NCBI GenBank assembly: GCA_002269645.1
Contig: NIVC01000284.1
Coordinates: 124,001-188,000 of the forward strand
Reading direction: 5' to 3'
DNA from: Macrostomum lignano
Lineage: Eukaryota
DNA length: 64,000 bases
Shown: in pieces, positions 11,183-22,103 of the stretch
Position numbering within the stretch: position 1 is the first letter of the stretch
How the letters are laid out: every line of letters begins with the position of its first letter
The notes under the pieces: generated by a model
Told to the model about the DNA's origin: nothing
The model's input: the letters and a program-made list of their open reading frames with translations, nothing else
Database searches by the model: none
Translations under genes and position numbers: made by a program

Positions 11183-11809
11183 GCACTGATTGATTGATTT
11201 GATTGATTGTTGACCATTTTATTGTTACCTTTTGTTTAATTACAAACGCCTGAATGTGAGTAGTTTGAAGTTTATTATTATTATTATTATTATTCACAAA
11301 TCCCAAACTGTTTTTTTACTATTATTAATTTTTTCAGTCTTTTTTGTTTAACTATCGTCTATCCTGCTGTGTGTTTGTTTGGGTTAATTTCTGTGTAAAT
11401 ATAATCTGCGCGTAATCTTCGCAACTAGCATCAGATAATTTGTTTCATGCATTACTACTTATAGTAGCTTCGTGTTTTTTACCCCAATTCCTAGTGTTAC
11501 ATTATTAATCCATTTATTGCTGTCATTGAAACTTGAAAATTTATCTTATTTCATACATAATTATTAGCACATAGTTATCGTCAAGTAAGTTACCATACGT
11601 CATAATTAAGCATATTTTTATGTTGTAAGTTGCTACCGTTTAATACAATAAATGTCCCCCCTTTGCATTGGCGGCTCACTGCTGCTAATCTGCTTTTTCA
11701 GTTGGTTTTGTGTCATTTTTATCGGCTACAAGTGCTCACTCACACTTTAGGTGTGTATCGCTTATTAATTTCCGATTAATCTGTACTGATAGTCCCTGAC
11801 AGATAGACC

Positions 11810-12520
11810 ACGGTTATTCCCTAAGTGACTCCCACCTACTGAAAGATTATCCCATTCCCTAAGTGACCCCCCGCCTACTCAAAGATTATCCCATTCCCTT
11901 ACTGACCCCCTACACAAAGATTATCCCATTCCCTTACTGACCCCCTACTCAAATATTATCCCATTCCCTTACTGACCCCCTACTCAAGGATTATTCCATT
12001 CCCTTACTGACCCCCTACTCAAGGATTATCCCATTCCATTACTGACCCCCTACTCAAGGATTATTCCATTCCCTTACTGACCCCCTACTCAAGGATTATC
12101 CCATTCCCTTACTGACCCCCTACTCAAGGATTATCCCATTCCCTTACTGACCCCATACTCAAAGATTATCCCATTCCCTAACTGACCATATACTCAAAGA
12201 CTATCCCATTCCCTAACTGACCCTATACTCAAAGATTATCCCATTCCCTAACTGACCCTATACTCAAAGACTATCCCATTCCCTAACTGACCCTATACTC
12301 AAAGACTATCCCATTCCCTAACTGACCCTATACTCAAAGATTATCCCATTCCCTAACTGACCCCATACTCAAAGATTATCCCATTCCCTAACTGACCCCG
12401 TACTCAAAGATTATCCCATTCCCTAACTGACCCCATACTCAAAGATTATCCCATTCCCTAACTGACCCCATACTCAAAGATTATCCCATTCCCTAACTGA
12501 CCCCGTACTCAAAGATTATC
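11810..12520. repeat. Minisatellite, 35 bp unit actgaccctatactcaaagattatcccattcccta
   Basis: About 20 copies upstream of SRP9. Confidence 0.95.
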
Positions 12521-12768
12521 TCATAAGAATCCCTTTACGCAAATTTATCCCTTTGCCAAAATGACGCCTAATTGTTGTCGAACTTCCCTATAGAATTAGA
12601 GTTAAAGTAATCAATGGCTTATTGCATGTATTGTGGTATCGTCGCTAGCATAGCCCATAAAGTTTCTATTGTTTCTATTTTTCAATTGCATGCCAAAGGC
12701 TATCGCAGCGATAATCTCTTCTCGATCCCCATTGCATCGCAGCTGACTTCTCGAAATCAGTTTAGGCC

Positions 12769-12999
12769 ATGACAATCGCAGAGACCTGGGAGCAATTCGC
12801 CCAAGTGGTGGACATGATGTTCGCTGAAGATCCAAAACGGTGTCGAGTAACCGTCAGCTACCAGCCGGCTCAAGGAGTGCTGGTGCTCAAGGTTACTAAC
12901 GATCACGTGACCGTCAAGTACAAAACTGAACACGCGCAAGACGTTAAAAAGCTGGAAAAACTAACGAGTCAATTGATGCGGCAGCTGGTATCTAAGTAG
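12769..12999 (+). CDS. SRP9: Signal recognition particle 9 kDa protein (Alu domain), single-exon CDS, 76 aa
   Basis: TWEQFAQ...DPKRCRV...LVLKVTNDHVTVKYKTEHAQDVKKLEKLTSQLMR closely parallels SRP9 (TWEEF...DP.K.RV...KVTDD...YKTDQAQDVKKIEK..SQLMR). Confidence 0.93.
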   Translation: MTIAETWEQFAQVVDMMFAEDPKRCRVTVSYQPAQGVLVLKVTNDHVTVKYKTEHAQDVKKLEKLTSQLMRQLVSK

Positions 13000-13049
13000 G
13001 TGTCTATTAATAGCTAGTCTAATTAACCATCAGTCACTCCATCCTTTGA

Positions 13050-13610
13050 TTGAACCGCAAGGATAATCTCACTGAGACTCTTCCCCAAACTTAGGATAAT
13101 TAGATTATACTCATTGAGATTCTTCCTCAAACTACTTATTAATCTCATTTAGGTTCCCCCCATACTATTAGGATAATCTCATTGAAAGTCTCCCCCCCCC
13201 CGAACTACTAGAAAAATCTCATTAAGACTTCCCCCATACTATTAGGATAATCTCATTTAGATTCTCCCCCAAACTACTTGGATAACCTCATTGAGATTCT
13301 CCTCAAAACTACTTGGATAATCTCATTGAAAGTCTCCCCCGAACAACTAGGATAATCTCATTGAGATTCTCCCCCGAACAACTAGGATAATCTCATTGAG
13401 ATTCTCCCCCGAACAACTAGGATAATCTCATTGAGATTCTCCTCAAAACTACTTGGATAATCTCATTGAAAGTCTCCCCCTAACTACTAGGATAATCTCA
13501 TTGAGATTCTACCCCACACTACTAGGATAATCTCATTGAGATTCTCCCCCAAACTACTTGGATAATCTCATTGAGATTCTCCCCCAAACTACTTGGATAA
13601 TCTCACTGAG
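13050..13610. repeat. Minisatellite, 35-37 bp unit ggataatctcattgagattctcccccgaacaacta
   Basis: About 15 copies downstream of SRP9; the unit holds the near-palindrome aatctcattgagatt. Confidence 0.92.
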
Positions 13611-14809
13611 ACGCCCCTTTCCCTCAGAATCACCTTCCCCAGTAACAGCCGTAACCATTCCGAAAAAAAATAATTTTTTTATTAGTCTGATTTAACAAAT
13701 CTAAGCAAATCTGCTCTTTGATCTGGTGTCTGCACCATCACAAGATGCAGTTTCTCGATGCCTCTGTCTACCTGTCTGTGCACCCGTTACCTACCCTGAG
13801 AGCTTTCCAGGAATTCGTTAATTTCGTCTTTGTTGTTTTAGTTTGTTTGAAATCGGTCAAAAGTTAATTAAGCTCGTATCTTCTCGTCCGTTTATTTGCG
13901 ATGTTTTTTTTTCGAATCTAAACGTACTTGTCTTGAAGTGCTTGTCTTGGATTTCCGATGCTTTTTAGTCAGAGTTGCTGCGCTTTGTGTGCGTGTGTAG
14001 TAAAATTGCTGTCAATTATTGTATAAGTATATTATTATTATTAATAATAATAATTTTGCAATTTTGGCCAACTTTTCAATAGAATAAATGTCTTATTATT
14101 TAGCGACTACTGATAGTAGCAAATCTAATACATATATATTCTGTGCTGGTTTGCATTCAACTCATTCGTTTATCATTATTGTTATTGTATCCTATTATTA
14201 TGTATTAATGAGTATGTTAATTTTGAATTCAATTAAATATGCGTTGCTTTACACGTATTCTGCACGTGCTGGTTGCTGGGTACCTTTCAGGCTGATGATG
14301 ACAATTAAAGAAACAGCTCTGGTTTTTTGAGAGGTTTTTGCTTCATTTTTATTTGTGCACAAAAATCCGAGTTAAGCAGATTTGGTTTGGGTTAGTACGC
14401 TGCCATCGTATGGGGGAGTCTCCCTGGACACAGAGAATGTCTTATCTCTTACCCTTGCATGTATGAAGGTGTACAGGGTGCTTTGCATGTGAACTACGAT
14501 TAATTTATGGCCATATTTGTACCTAAGTTTTTAAGCTTTAAGTTTTGGGCCATGCGCATGTGTATTGTGTACAACTGTTACTGAATCATAGACCATGGCT
14601 TGAGATTCGGTGTGTCAAAGTCCAAACAACAGGGCTGTAACTTCTGTCAGATATAGTTAGCGTTTTCAACTGTTTTTTTTCATTAAAGCTTATTCATTTA
14701 TTTCATAGCCTTGATCGTGTGTGTATAGACCATGCGGGGCGTTCTTACTTTTTTGCATCAAGGACCAGATAAAGAATGCAGCCCGATGGCTGCGGACCAG
14801 ATGAGACAG

Positions 14810-15620
14810 CTGAAACGAGAGGAGAGATAAGAGATAAAAAGGGAGAGGGAAGAGAGAAGAGAAGAGGAGAGATAAGAGATAAAAGGGAGAGGGAAGAGAA
14901 GAGGAGAGGAGAGATAAGAGATAAAAGGGAGAGGGAAGAGAAGAGGAGAGATAAGAAATAAAGGGAGAGGGGAGAGAAGAGAAGAGGAGAGATAAGAGAT
15001 AAAAGGGAGAGGGAAGAGAGAAGAGGAGAGGAGAGATAAGAGATAAAAGGGAGAGGGAAGAGAAGAGGAGAGATAAGAAATAAAGGGAGAGGGGAGAGAA
15101 GAGAAGAGGAGAGGGAAGAGAGAAAAGAGGAGAGGGGAGAGAAGAGAAGGGGAGAGAAGAGAAGAGGAGAGCTAAGAAATAAAGGGAGAGGGAAGAGAGA
15201 AGAGGAGAGATAAGAGGTGAAAGGAGAGGGAAGAGAGGAGAGGAGAGATAAGAGATAAAAGGGAGAGGGAAGAGAGAAGAGGAGAGATAAGAGGTGAAAG
15301 GAAAGGGAAGAGAGAAGAGGAGAGATAAGAGGTGAAAGGAGAGGGAAGAGAGAAGAGGAGAGATAAGAGATAAAAGGGAGAGGGAAGAGAGAAGAGGAGA
15401 AATAAGAGGTGAAAGGAGAGGGAAGAGAGAAAAGAGGAGAGGGGAGAGAAGAGAAGGGGAGAGAAGAGAAGAGGAGAGGGGAGAGAAGAGGAGAGGGGAG
15501 AGAAGAGAAGAGGAGAGGGGAGAGAAGAGAAGAGGAGAGGGGAGAGAAGAGAAGAGGAGAGATAAGAGATGAAAGGAGAGGGAAGAGAGAAGAGAGGAGA
15601 GGAGAGATAAAAGGGGAGAG
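14810..15620. repeat. GA-rich compound array (gagataagagataaaagggagagggaagagaa-like)
   Basis: Almost pure purine tract. Confidence 0.93.
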
Positions 15621-15639
15621 AAGCGCGAGAGGACGCTGA

Positions 15640-15731
15640 GAAGAGACGCAAACCTTGAGCGGGCCGGATTGCCATTGATCTGAAGTTCCAAAGGTCGACC
15701 CGAGAGCCGTAAAGAGAGCCTGCCGACCCAG
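15640..15731 (-). mobile_element. Diverged relative of the 787-889 terminus
   Basis: gaagagacgcaaaccttg matches 787-804 at 16/18; gaagttccaaag matches 819-830 at 11/12; ends tgccgacccag versus tgccaacccctg. Confidence 0.35.
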
Positions 15732-16549
15732 TTGATGTAGGCAAAATATTCTGCTCATTCTCAACTGAAGACTTGGATATCATAGATAAAAATTGTTAGT
15801 CACATGCAGGCCAAATTGCGTGATCAATCTGATTTAAATACATTAAAATAGAGCTGTTGTTATGCGCATTTGCGCAAGCAATCTGTACATACAAGCAAAT
15901 TTTCACAGAAAAATACTGCAGTGCACAAGAAAGTATAACAACATCTGCATGTGGCTGGTTTCAAATTCAATTGTATAAATTTGTGAAATCTTCATAGTTC
16001 GCAGTTATAAAATTTGTGTTTACAAAAATTTCAATGATGCAGAAATTGTATCAGGGGCGAATCTGGTTTAAAGCAGTTCTACATCAACATACACTGCTGT
16101 GATCTTCTCTAATTTCCAGTCTCCTGCAGTTACAGCTGTTCTGCCTATTATGCAGCTGAAACGCTAAAAGTTTAATGTAACCGCACAACAATGTCACGAC
16201 TGTATTGAAAAAAGACTTGGAAACAATCTCTCGATCTCTGTTCTGTTTTCAGTTGGGTTTAATTGATTTCCGCTGATCAATCTGACAGCGCCTATAATTA
16301 ACAAACACCTTGACAACTTTTTTAATTCACGTCTAAGCTTATAAAGTTCGTCTACAAAACTTGATTGTTATAGTTGTAACACATTTTTCGCAGCTGAATA
16401 GCAATATTTTTAGGCTTGATTAACTTCTGTCTCATTTCTACATGCATTTCTCCTTTTTTAATTAAGAATTTAGAGAAATACAATACCGAACTCCCATGAA
16501 TTAATCGTGTTAATCTCCTCTTTTTAACTCTTTTTAGCCTCGATCCTGT

Positions 16550-17750
16550 GGTTTCCTCTCTTCTCTTTCTCTCCTTTCTCCCTCTCCTCTCTGCCTCCCT
16601 TCCCAACCTCTCCTTTCTCCCTCTCCTCTCTGCCTCCCTTCCCAACCTCTCCTTTCTCCCTCTCCTCTCTGCCTCCCTTCCCAACCTCTCCTTTCTCCCT
16701 CTCCTCCCTGCCTCCCTTCCCAACCTCTCCTTTCTCCCTCTCCTCTCTGCCTCCCTTCCCAACCTCTCCTTTCTCCCTCTCCTCTCTGCCTCCCTTCCCA
16801 ACCTCTCCTTTCTCCCTCTCCTCTCTGCCTCCCTTCCCAACCTCTCCTTTCTCCCTCTCCTCTCTGCCTCCCTTCTCAACCTCTCCTTTCTCCCTCTCCT
16901 CTCTGCCTCCCTTCCCAACCTCTCCTTTCTCCCTCTCCTCTCTGCCTCCCTTCCCAACCTCTCCTTTCTCCCTCTCCTCTCTGCCTCCCTTCCCAACCTC
17001 TCCTTTCTCCCTCTCCTCCCTGCCTCCCTTCCCAACCTCTCCTTTCTCCCTCTCCTCTCTGCCTCCCTTCCCAACCTCTCCTTTCTCCCTCTCCTCTCTG
17101 CCTCCCTTCCCAACCTCTCCTTTCTCCCTCTCCTCTCTGCCTCCCTTCCCAACCTCTCCTCTCTGCCTCCCTTCCCAACCTCTCCTTTCTCCCTCTCCTC
17201 TCTGCCTCCCTTCCCAACCTCTCCTCTCTGCCTCCCTTCCCAACCTCCCCTTTCTCCCTCTCCTCTCTGCCTCCCTTCCCAACCTCTCCTCTCTGCCTCC
17301 CTTCCCAACCTCTCCTTTCTCCCTCTCCTCTCTGCCTCCCTTCCCAACCTCTCCTTTCTCCCTCTCCTCTCTGCCTCCCTTCCCAACCTCTCCTTTCTCC
17401 CTCTCCTCTCTGCCTCCCTTCCCAACCTCTCCTCTCTGCCTCCCTTCCCAACCTCTCCTCTCTGCCTCCCTTCCCAACCTCTCCTCTCTGCCTCCCTTCC
17501 CAACCTCTCCTCTCTGCCTCCCTTCCCAACCTCTCCTCTCTGCCTCCCTTCCCAACCTCTCCTTTCTCCCTCTCCTCTCTGCCTCCCTTCCCCAACCTCT
17601 CCTCTCTGCCTCCCTTCCCAACCTCTCCTTTCTCTCTCTCCTCTCTGCCTCCCTTCCCAACCTCTCCTTTCTCTCTCTCCTCTCTGCCTCCCTTCCCAAC
17701 CTCTCCTTTCTCTCTCTCCTCTCTGCCTCCCTTCCCAACCTCTCCTTTCC
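16550..17750. repeat. Minisatellite, 39 bp unit ctctcctttctccctctcctctctgcctcccttcccaac (with 26-bp variant)
   Basis: Highly homogeneous pyrimidine array. Confidence 0.96.
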
Positions 17751-18418
17751 AGCAAGTGCTCTATGAATATATACCCGTATATGCTTTAGGTGTCAGGTCA
17801 TAGCTGCAGGCAAGTGTTCAGGCAATTCAGCATATGAGCTAAAAACGCCATACAAAAAGAGATAAGAAACCCTTGCCATTTATTAACTAGAAAAGCTTTA
17901 AAAACCTAGCAAATATCTATCGCTTCGCAATTATGGGCTTATAACAAAATGCATGTCTAATTTTAGGTACTGACGACATAGCGCTAGTACGCACACTTTC
18001 TAAATGCCTCTCGAAACAGAAACACAGAATTCTACTCGTCTGTACATTTATGGTCTTTCACATTTGCTTACGCCTTATACCGTCTTTCGTAAACACATCT
18101 GCACATTCGAGACCAGCGCCGACCCCCACCTCTACCTCCCTCCTAGCGCATTTTACCTCTACAACTGCGAGCCAATTATGTATAGATATTCGTTTGCTTT
18201 CACAGACCTGCTTGCGCGGCCCACCCTGTAGAGCTTAGCTTGTCTTCTACCTCTACCTCTCTGTCTACCCGTTTCTGCTTTCAGTTTCTAAAAATAGACT
18301 CAGTTGATTATATATTGCTGGCCTGACCCCCCAAGCTCAAGATTTGTTATAACGCATTGAAATATTTTCTCTGTCTCGCTCTCTCCCTCTCTCCCTAGCT
18401 AACTTGAGACCCAAAGCA

Positions 18419-19084
18419 ATGGTTAACAGAAAAAATTTCTTTCGCCGAAGAAGCACCTCGTCAATTGGCGGTGGCGCCAGCGCTGATGGCGAATACCCAA
18501 CTAGGAAGCTGGTGATCGTGGGCGACGGCACCTGCGGCAAGACCTCCCTGCTGTTCGCCTTCACCAGAGACGAGTTCTACGAAGCCTACGTGCCGACAAT
18601 ATTCGAGACCAGCATAGTTGACATGGAGATTCGGCCGGGCAAGGTGATTGCATTGAGCCTGTGGGACACCGCTGGTCAGGAGGCCTACGCCAGACTCCGG
18701 CCGCTGTCCTACACTGACACCCACGTCATCCTGATCTGCTTCGCCATGGACAGCCGGGACAGCTTCAACAATGTCCGCGACACCTGGTACCCGGAGGTGC
18801 GGCACTACTGCCCCAGGGCGGCTCTGCTGCTTGTCGGTTGCAAGAACGACTTGGCGAGCTCGGCGGCCGACTGCGTCACCCGAGATGAAGTTGAGAAGCT
18901 GGCTGACAATATTGGAGCTACCAGTCATTTCCTGTGCAGCGCCAAAACTCGGGAGAATGTCACCGAAGTGTTCGAGACCGCAGCTGATGTTGCTTATGAA
19001 GCTGGGAGGAAGAAGTCGAAAATTTCTAGTCGCCTTGGCGCCTGTTTCGGGCGCAGGTCGCGAAAGAAAACTGAGAAGGCGTAA
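18419..19084 (+). CDS. Rho-family small GTPase, intronless, no C-terminal CAAX box (221 aa from ATG 18419)
   Basis: KLVIVGDGTCGKT (G1), YVPTIFE (switch I), LWDTAGQE.Y.RLRPLSY (G3), GCKND (G4), CSAK (G5). Polypyrimidine tract and AG at 18397-18398 lie 20 nt before the ATG. Confidence 0.92.
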   Translation: MVNRKNFFRRRSTSSIGGGASADGEYPTRKLVIVGDGTCGKTSLLFAFTRDEFYEAYVPTIFETSIVDMEIRPGKVIALSLWDTAGQEAYARLRPLSYTDTHVILICFAMDSRDSFNNVRDTWYPEVRHYCPRAALLLVGCKNDLASSAADCVTRDEVEKLADNIGATSHFLCSAKTRENVTEVFETAADVAYEAGRKKSKISSRLGACFGRRSRKKTEKA

Positions 19085-19339
19085 ACAACTGATGAAGACA
19101 AACATGTGCTGCTTCCGTGCGATGATTCCTCTGGTGCTGTCTTTCTCTCCTGTTCTTGACTCTCGCCTCCAAGCATTGTGTCAGCTCCTTTTTTAGCTCC
19201 GCTTACTTTATTTCTTTTTTGTTTGTGTTATATATCTTTTGTCATTCTGTTTTATTTTTCGCCCGCTTTACCTCTGTTAGGTCTCGCAATCATGTTCTGT
19301 GAAGCTTTCAGATTCTCACTGAAGTTTTCCTATCCACTC

Positions 19340-19540
19340 TCATGCTAATCTCACCCTAATCTCAACTTAATCCCACCGGCCAGTTCACCCAAATCTCACC
19401 CAAATCTCACCCGAGTCTCACCCTAATCTCACCCTAGTCTCACCCTAATCACACCCTAATCTCGCCCCAATTTTGCCATAAATCTCCATAATCTCTTCCG
19501 TTCTTTCTTTACGATCTCACTCCAGTCTCACCCTAGTCTC
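19340..19540. repeat. Degenerate 10-11 bp repeat (taatctcaccc)
   Basis: The same motif recurs at about 24950-25020. Confidence 0.7.
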
Positions 19541-20059
19541 CTTATCAATTTTATTCATCGACTAATCATGAAATTATCGATCTGCTATTGAAGTTTGATT
19601 CTTTGCTGTTGCTGTAGCCAGAAATGTGTCTGCACATGTACAATAATATGTGGAATTATACTGAGTAGAAATTTGGCCATTAACTAATAACAGGCTCTGT
19701 ACACACTGTATCTGCCTAGATTGTAAGGTTTTTAGCTAAAATATTTAAAAGTCAATAAAAAGCAAATGTATGATTCATTCAGATTCAGATGATTTAGATT
19801 CTAATTGATGATGTAAATGTAATCATACAAAATAATTATCTAGTTATTACAGATTACCCTTAATACTGCTCACGATTGCTACAAATAAACAGTGCTTGCG
19901 AATATTGTGAATTTTTTTATGTAACTTGAGTTTAAAAAAGTAACCCTTTCTTTACTTTCTACTGACTGTTACACGATTAGTAGAGTAGCAAGGAAAATCA
20001 TGACCGTGAATTGAAATTTTCTTGTTATTTTTGTTAAATTTTGACCAACTATAACAGTC

Positions 20060-21985
20060 GATAGATCAAGTATGCCAGTCTGTAGATCAAAAATGCCAGT
20101 CTGTAGATCAACTATGCCAGTCTGTAGATTAACTATGCCAGTCTGTAGATTAACTATGCCAGTCTGTAGATCAAATATGCCAGTCTGTAGATTAACTATG
20201 CCAATCTGTAGATCAACTATGCCAGTCTGTAGATTAACTATGCCAGTCTGTAGATTAACTATGCCAGTCTGTAGATTAACTATGCCAGTCTGTAGATTAA
20301 CTATGCCAGTCTGTAGATTAACTATGCCAGTCTGTAGATTAACTATGCCAGTCTGTAGATTAACTATGCCAGTCTGTAGATTAACTATGCCAGTCTGTAG
20401 ATTAACTATGCCAGTCTGTAGATTAACTATGCCAGTCTGTAGATTAACTATGCCAGTCTGTAGATTAACTATGCCAGTCTGTAGATTAACTATGCCAGTC
20501 TGTAGATTAACTATGCCAGTCTGTAGATTAACTATGCCAGTCTGTAGATCAACTATGCCAGTCTGTAGATTAACTATGCCAATCTGTAGATCAACTATGC
20601 CAATCTTTAGATCAACTATACCAGTCTGTAGATCAACTATAACAATCTGTAGATCAACTATACCAGTCTGTAGATCAACTATAACAATCTGTAGATCAAC
20701 TATAACAATCTGTAGATCAACTATAACAATCTGTATAGATTAACTATGCCAATCTTTAGATCAACTATAACAATCTGCAGATCAACTATACCAATCTGTA
20801 GATCAACTATAACAATCTGTAGATCAACTATACCAGTCTGTAGATCAACTATAACAATCTGTAGATCAACTATATCAATCTGTAGATCAACTATACCAGT
20901 CTGTAGATCAACTATATCAATCTGTAGATCAACTATACCAGTCTGTAGATCAACTATAACAATCTGTAGATCAACTATGCCAGTCTGTAGATTAACTATG
21001 CCAGTCTGTATATCAACTATGCCAATCTGTAGATTAACTATGCCAGTCTGTAGATTAACTATGCCAGTCTGTAGATTAACTATAACAATCTGTAGATCAA
21101 CTATGCCAGTCTGTAGATTAACTATGCCAGTCTGTAGATTAACTATGCCAGTCTGTAGATCAACTATAACAATCTGTAGATCAACTATACCAGTCTGTAG
21201 ATCAACTATACCAGTCTGTAGATCAACTATAACAATCTGTAGATTAACTATGCCAATCTTTAGATCAACTATACCAGTCTGTAGATCAACTATACCAGTC
21301 TGTAGATCAACTATAACAATCTGTAGATCAACTATGCCAGTCTGTAGATTAACTATGCCAGTCTGTATATCAACTATGCCAATCTGTAGATTAACTATGC
21401 CAGTCTGTAGATTAACTATGCCAGTCTGTAGATTAACTATAACAATCTGTAGATCAACTATGCCAGTCTGTAGATTAACTATGCCAGTCTGTAGATCAAC
21501 TATAACAATCTGTAGATCAACTATGCCAGTCTGTAGATTAACTATGCCAGTCTGTAGATCACCTATAACAATCTGTAGATCAACTATACCAGTCTGTAGA
21601 TCAACTATGCCAATCTGTAGATCAACTATACCAGTCTGTAGATCAACTATAACAATCTGTAGATTAACTATGCCAATCTTTAGATCAACTATACCAGTCT
21701 GTAGATCAACTATACCAGTCTGTAGATCAACTATACCTGTCTGTAGATCAACTATGCAAATCTGTAGATCAACTATGCCAATCTGTAGATCAACTATACC
21801 AGTCTGTAGATCAAGTCTGTAGAGCAAATCTGTAGATCAACTATGCAAATCTGTAGATCAACTATGCAAATCTGTAGATCAACTATGCCAATCTGTAGAT
21901 CAACTATACCAATCTGTAGATCAACTATACCAGTCTGTAGATCAACTATACCAATCTGTAGATCAACTATAACAATCTGTAGATG
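20060..21985. repeat. Minisatellite, 21 bp unit tatgccagtctgtagat(t/c)aac
   Basis: About 90 copies; 357-bp (17-unit) higher-order duplication at 21004/21361. Confidence 0.97.
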
Positions 21986-22103
21986 AAGTATTGACATTAA
22001 TCGGAGGTACTTTAAGTTTCTGCTAAGATAATAAGCCAAAACTGCCAGAATATCTTTATTGAGATGGGTCACAGGTTACATATAAAAATCAGTCCATATT
22101 TTT

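Noticed and set aside
14690-17789. Long L/S/P- or R/E/G-rich ORFs on both strands
   Set aside because: Purine/pyrimidine tracts lack stop codons by composition.
18461-19196. Overlapping 214-aa (-) and 141-aa (+) ORFs at the Rho locus
   Set aside because: Shadow frames of a GC3-rich gene with no recognisable motifs.
19340-19540. Interstitial telomeric repeat (ccctaa present)
   Set aside because: ccctaa occurs only within an 11-bp taatctcaccc unit, not as tandem hexamers.
20072-21827. MPVCRLT / IVDLQ heptad-repeat ORFs resembling coiled-coil proteins
   Set aside because: A 21-bp minisatellite read in several frames; no splice or start context.
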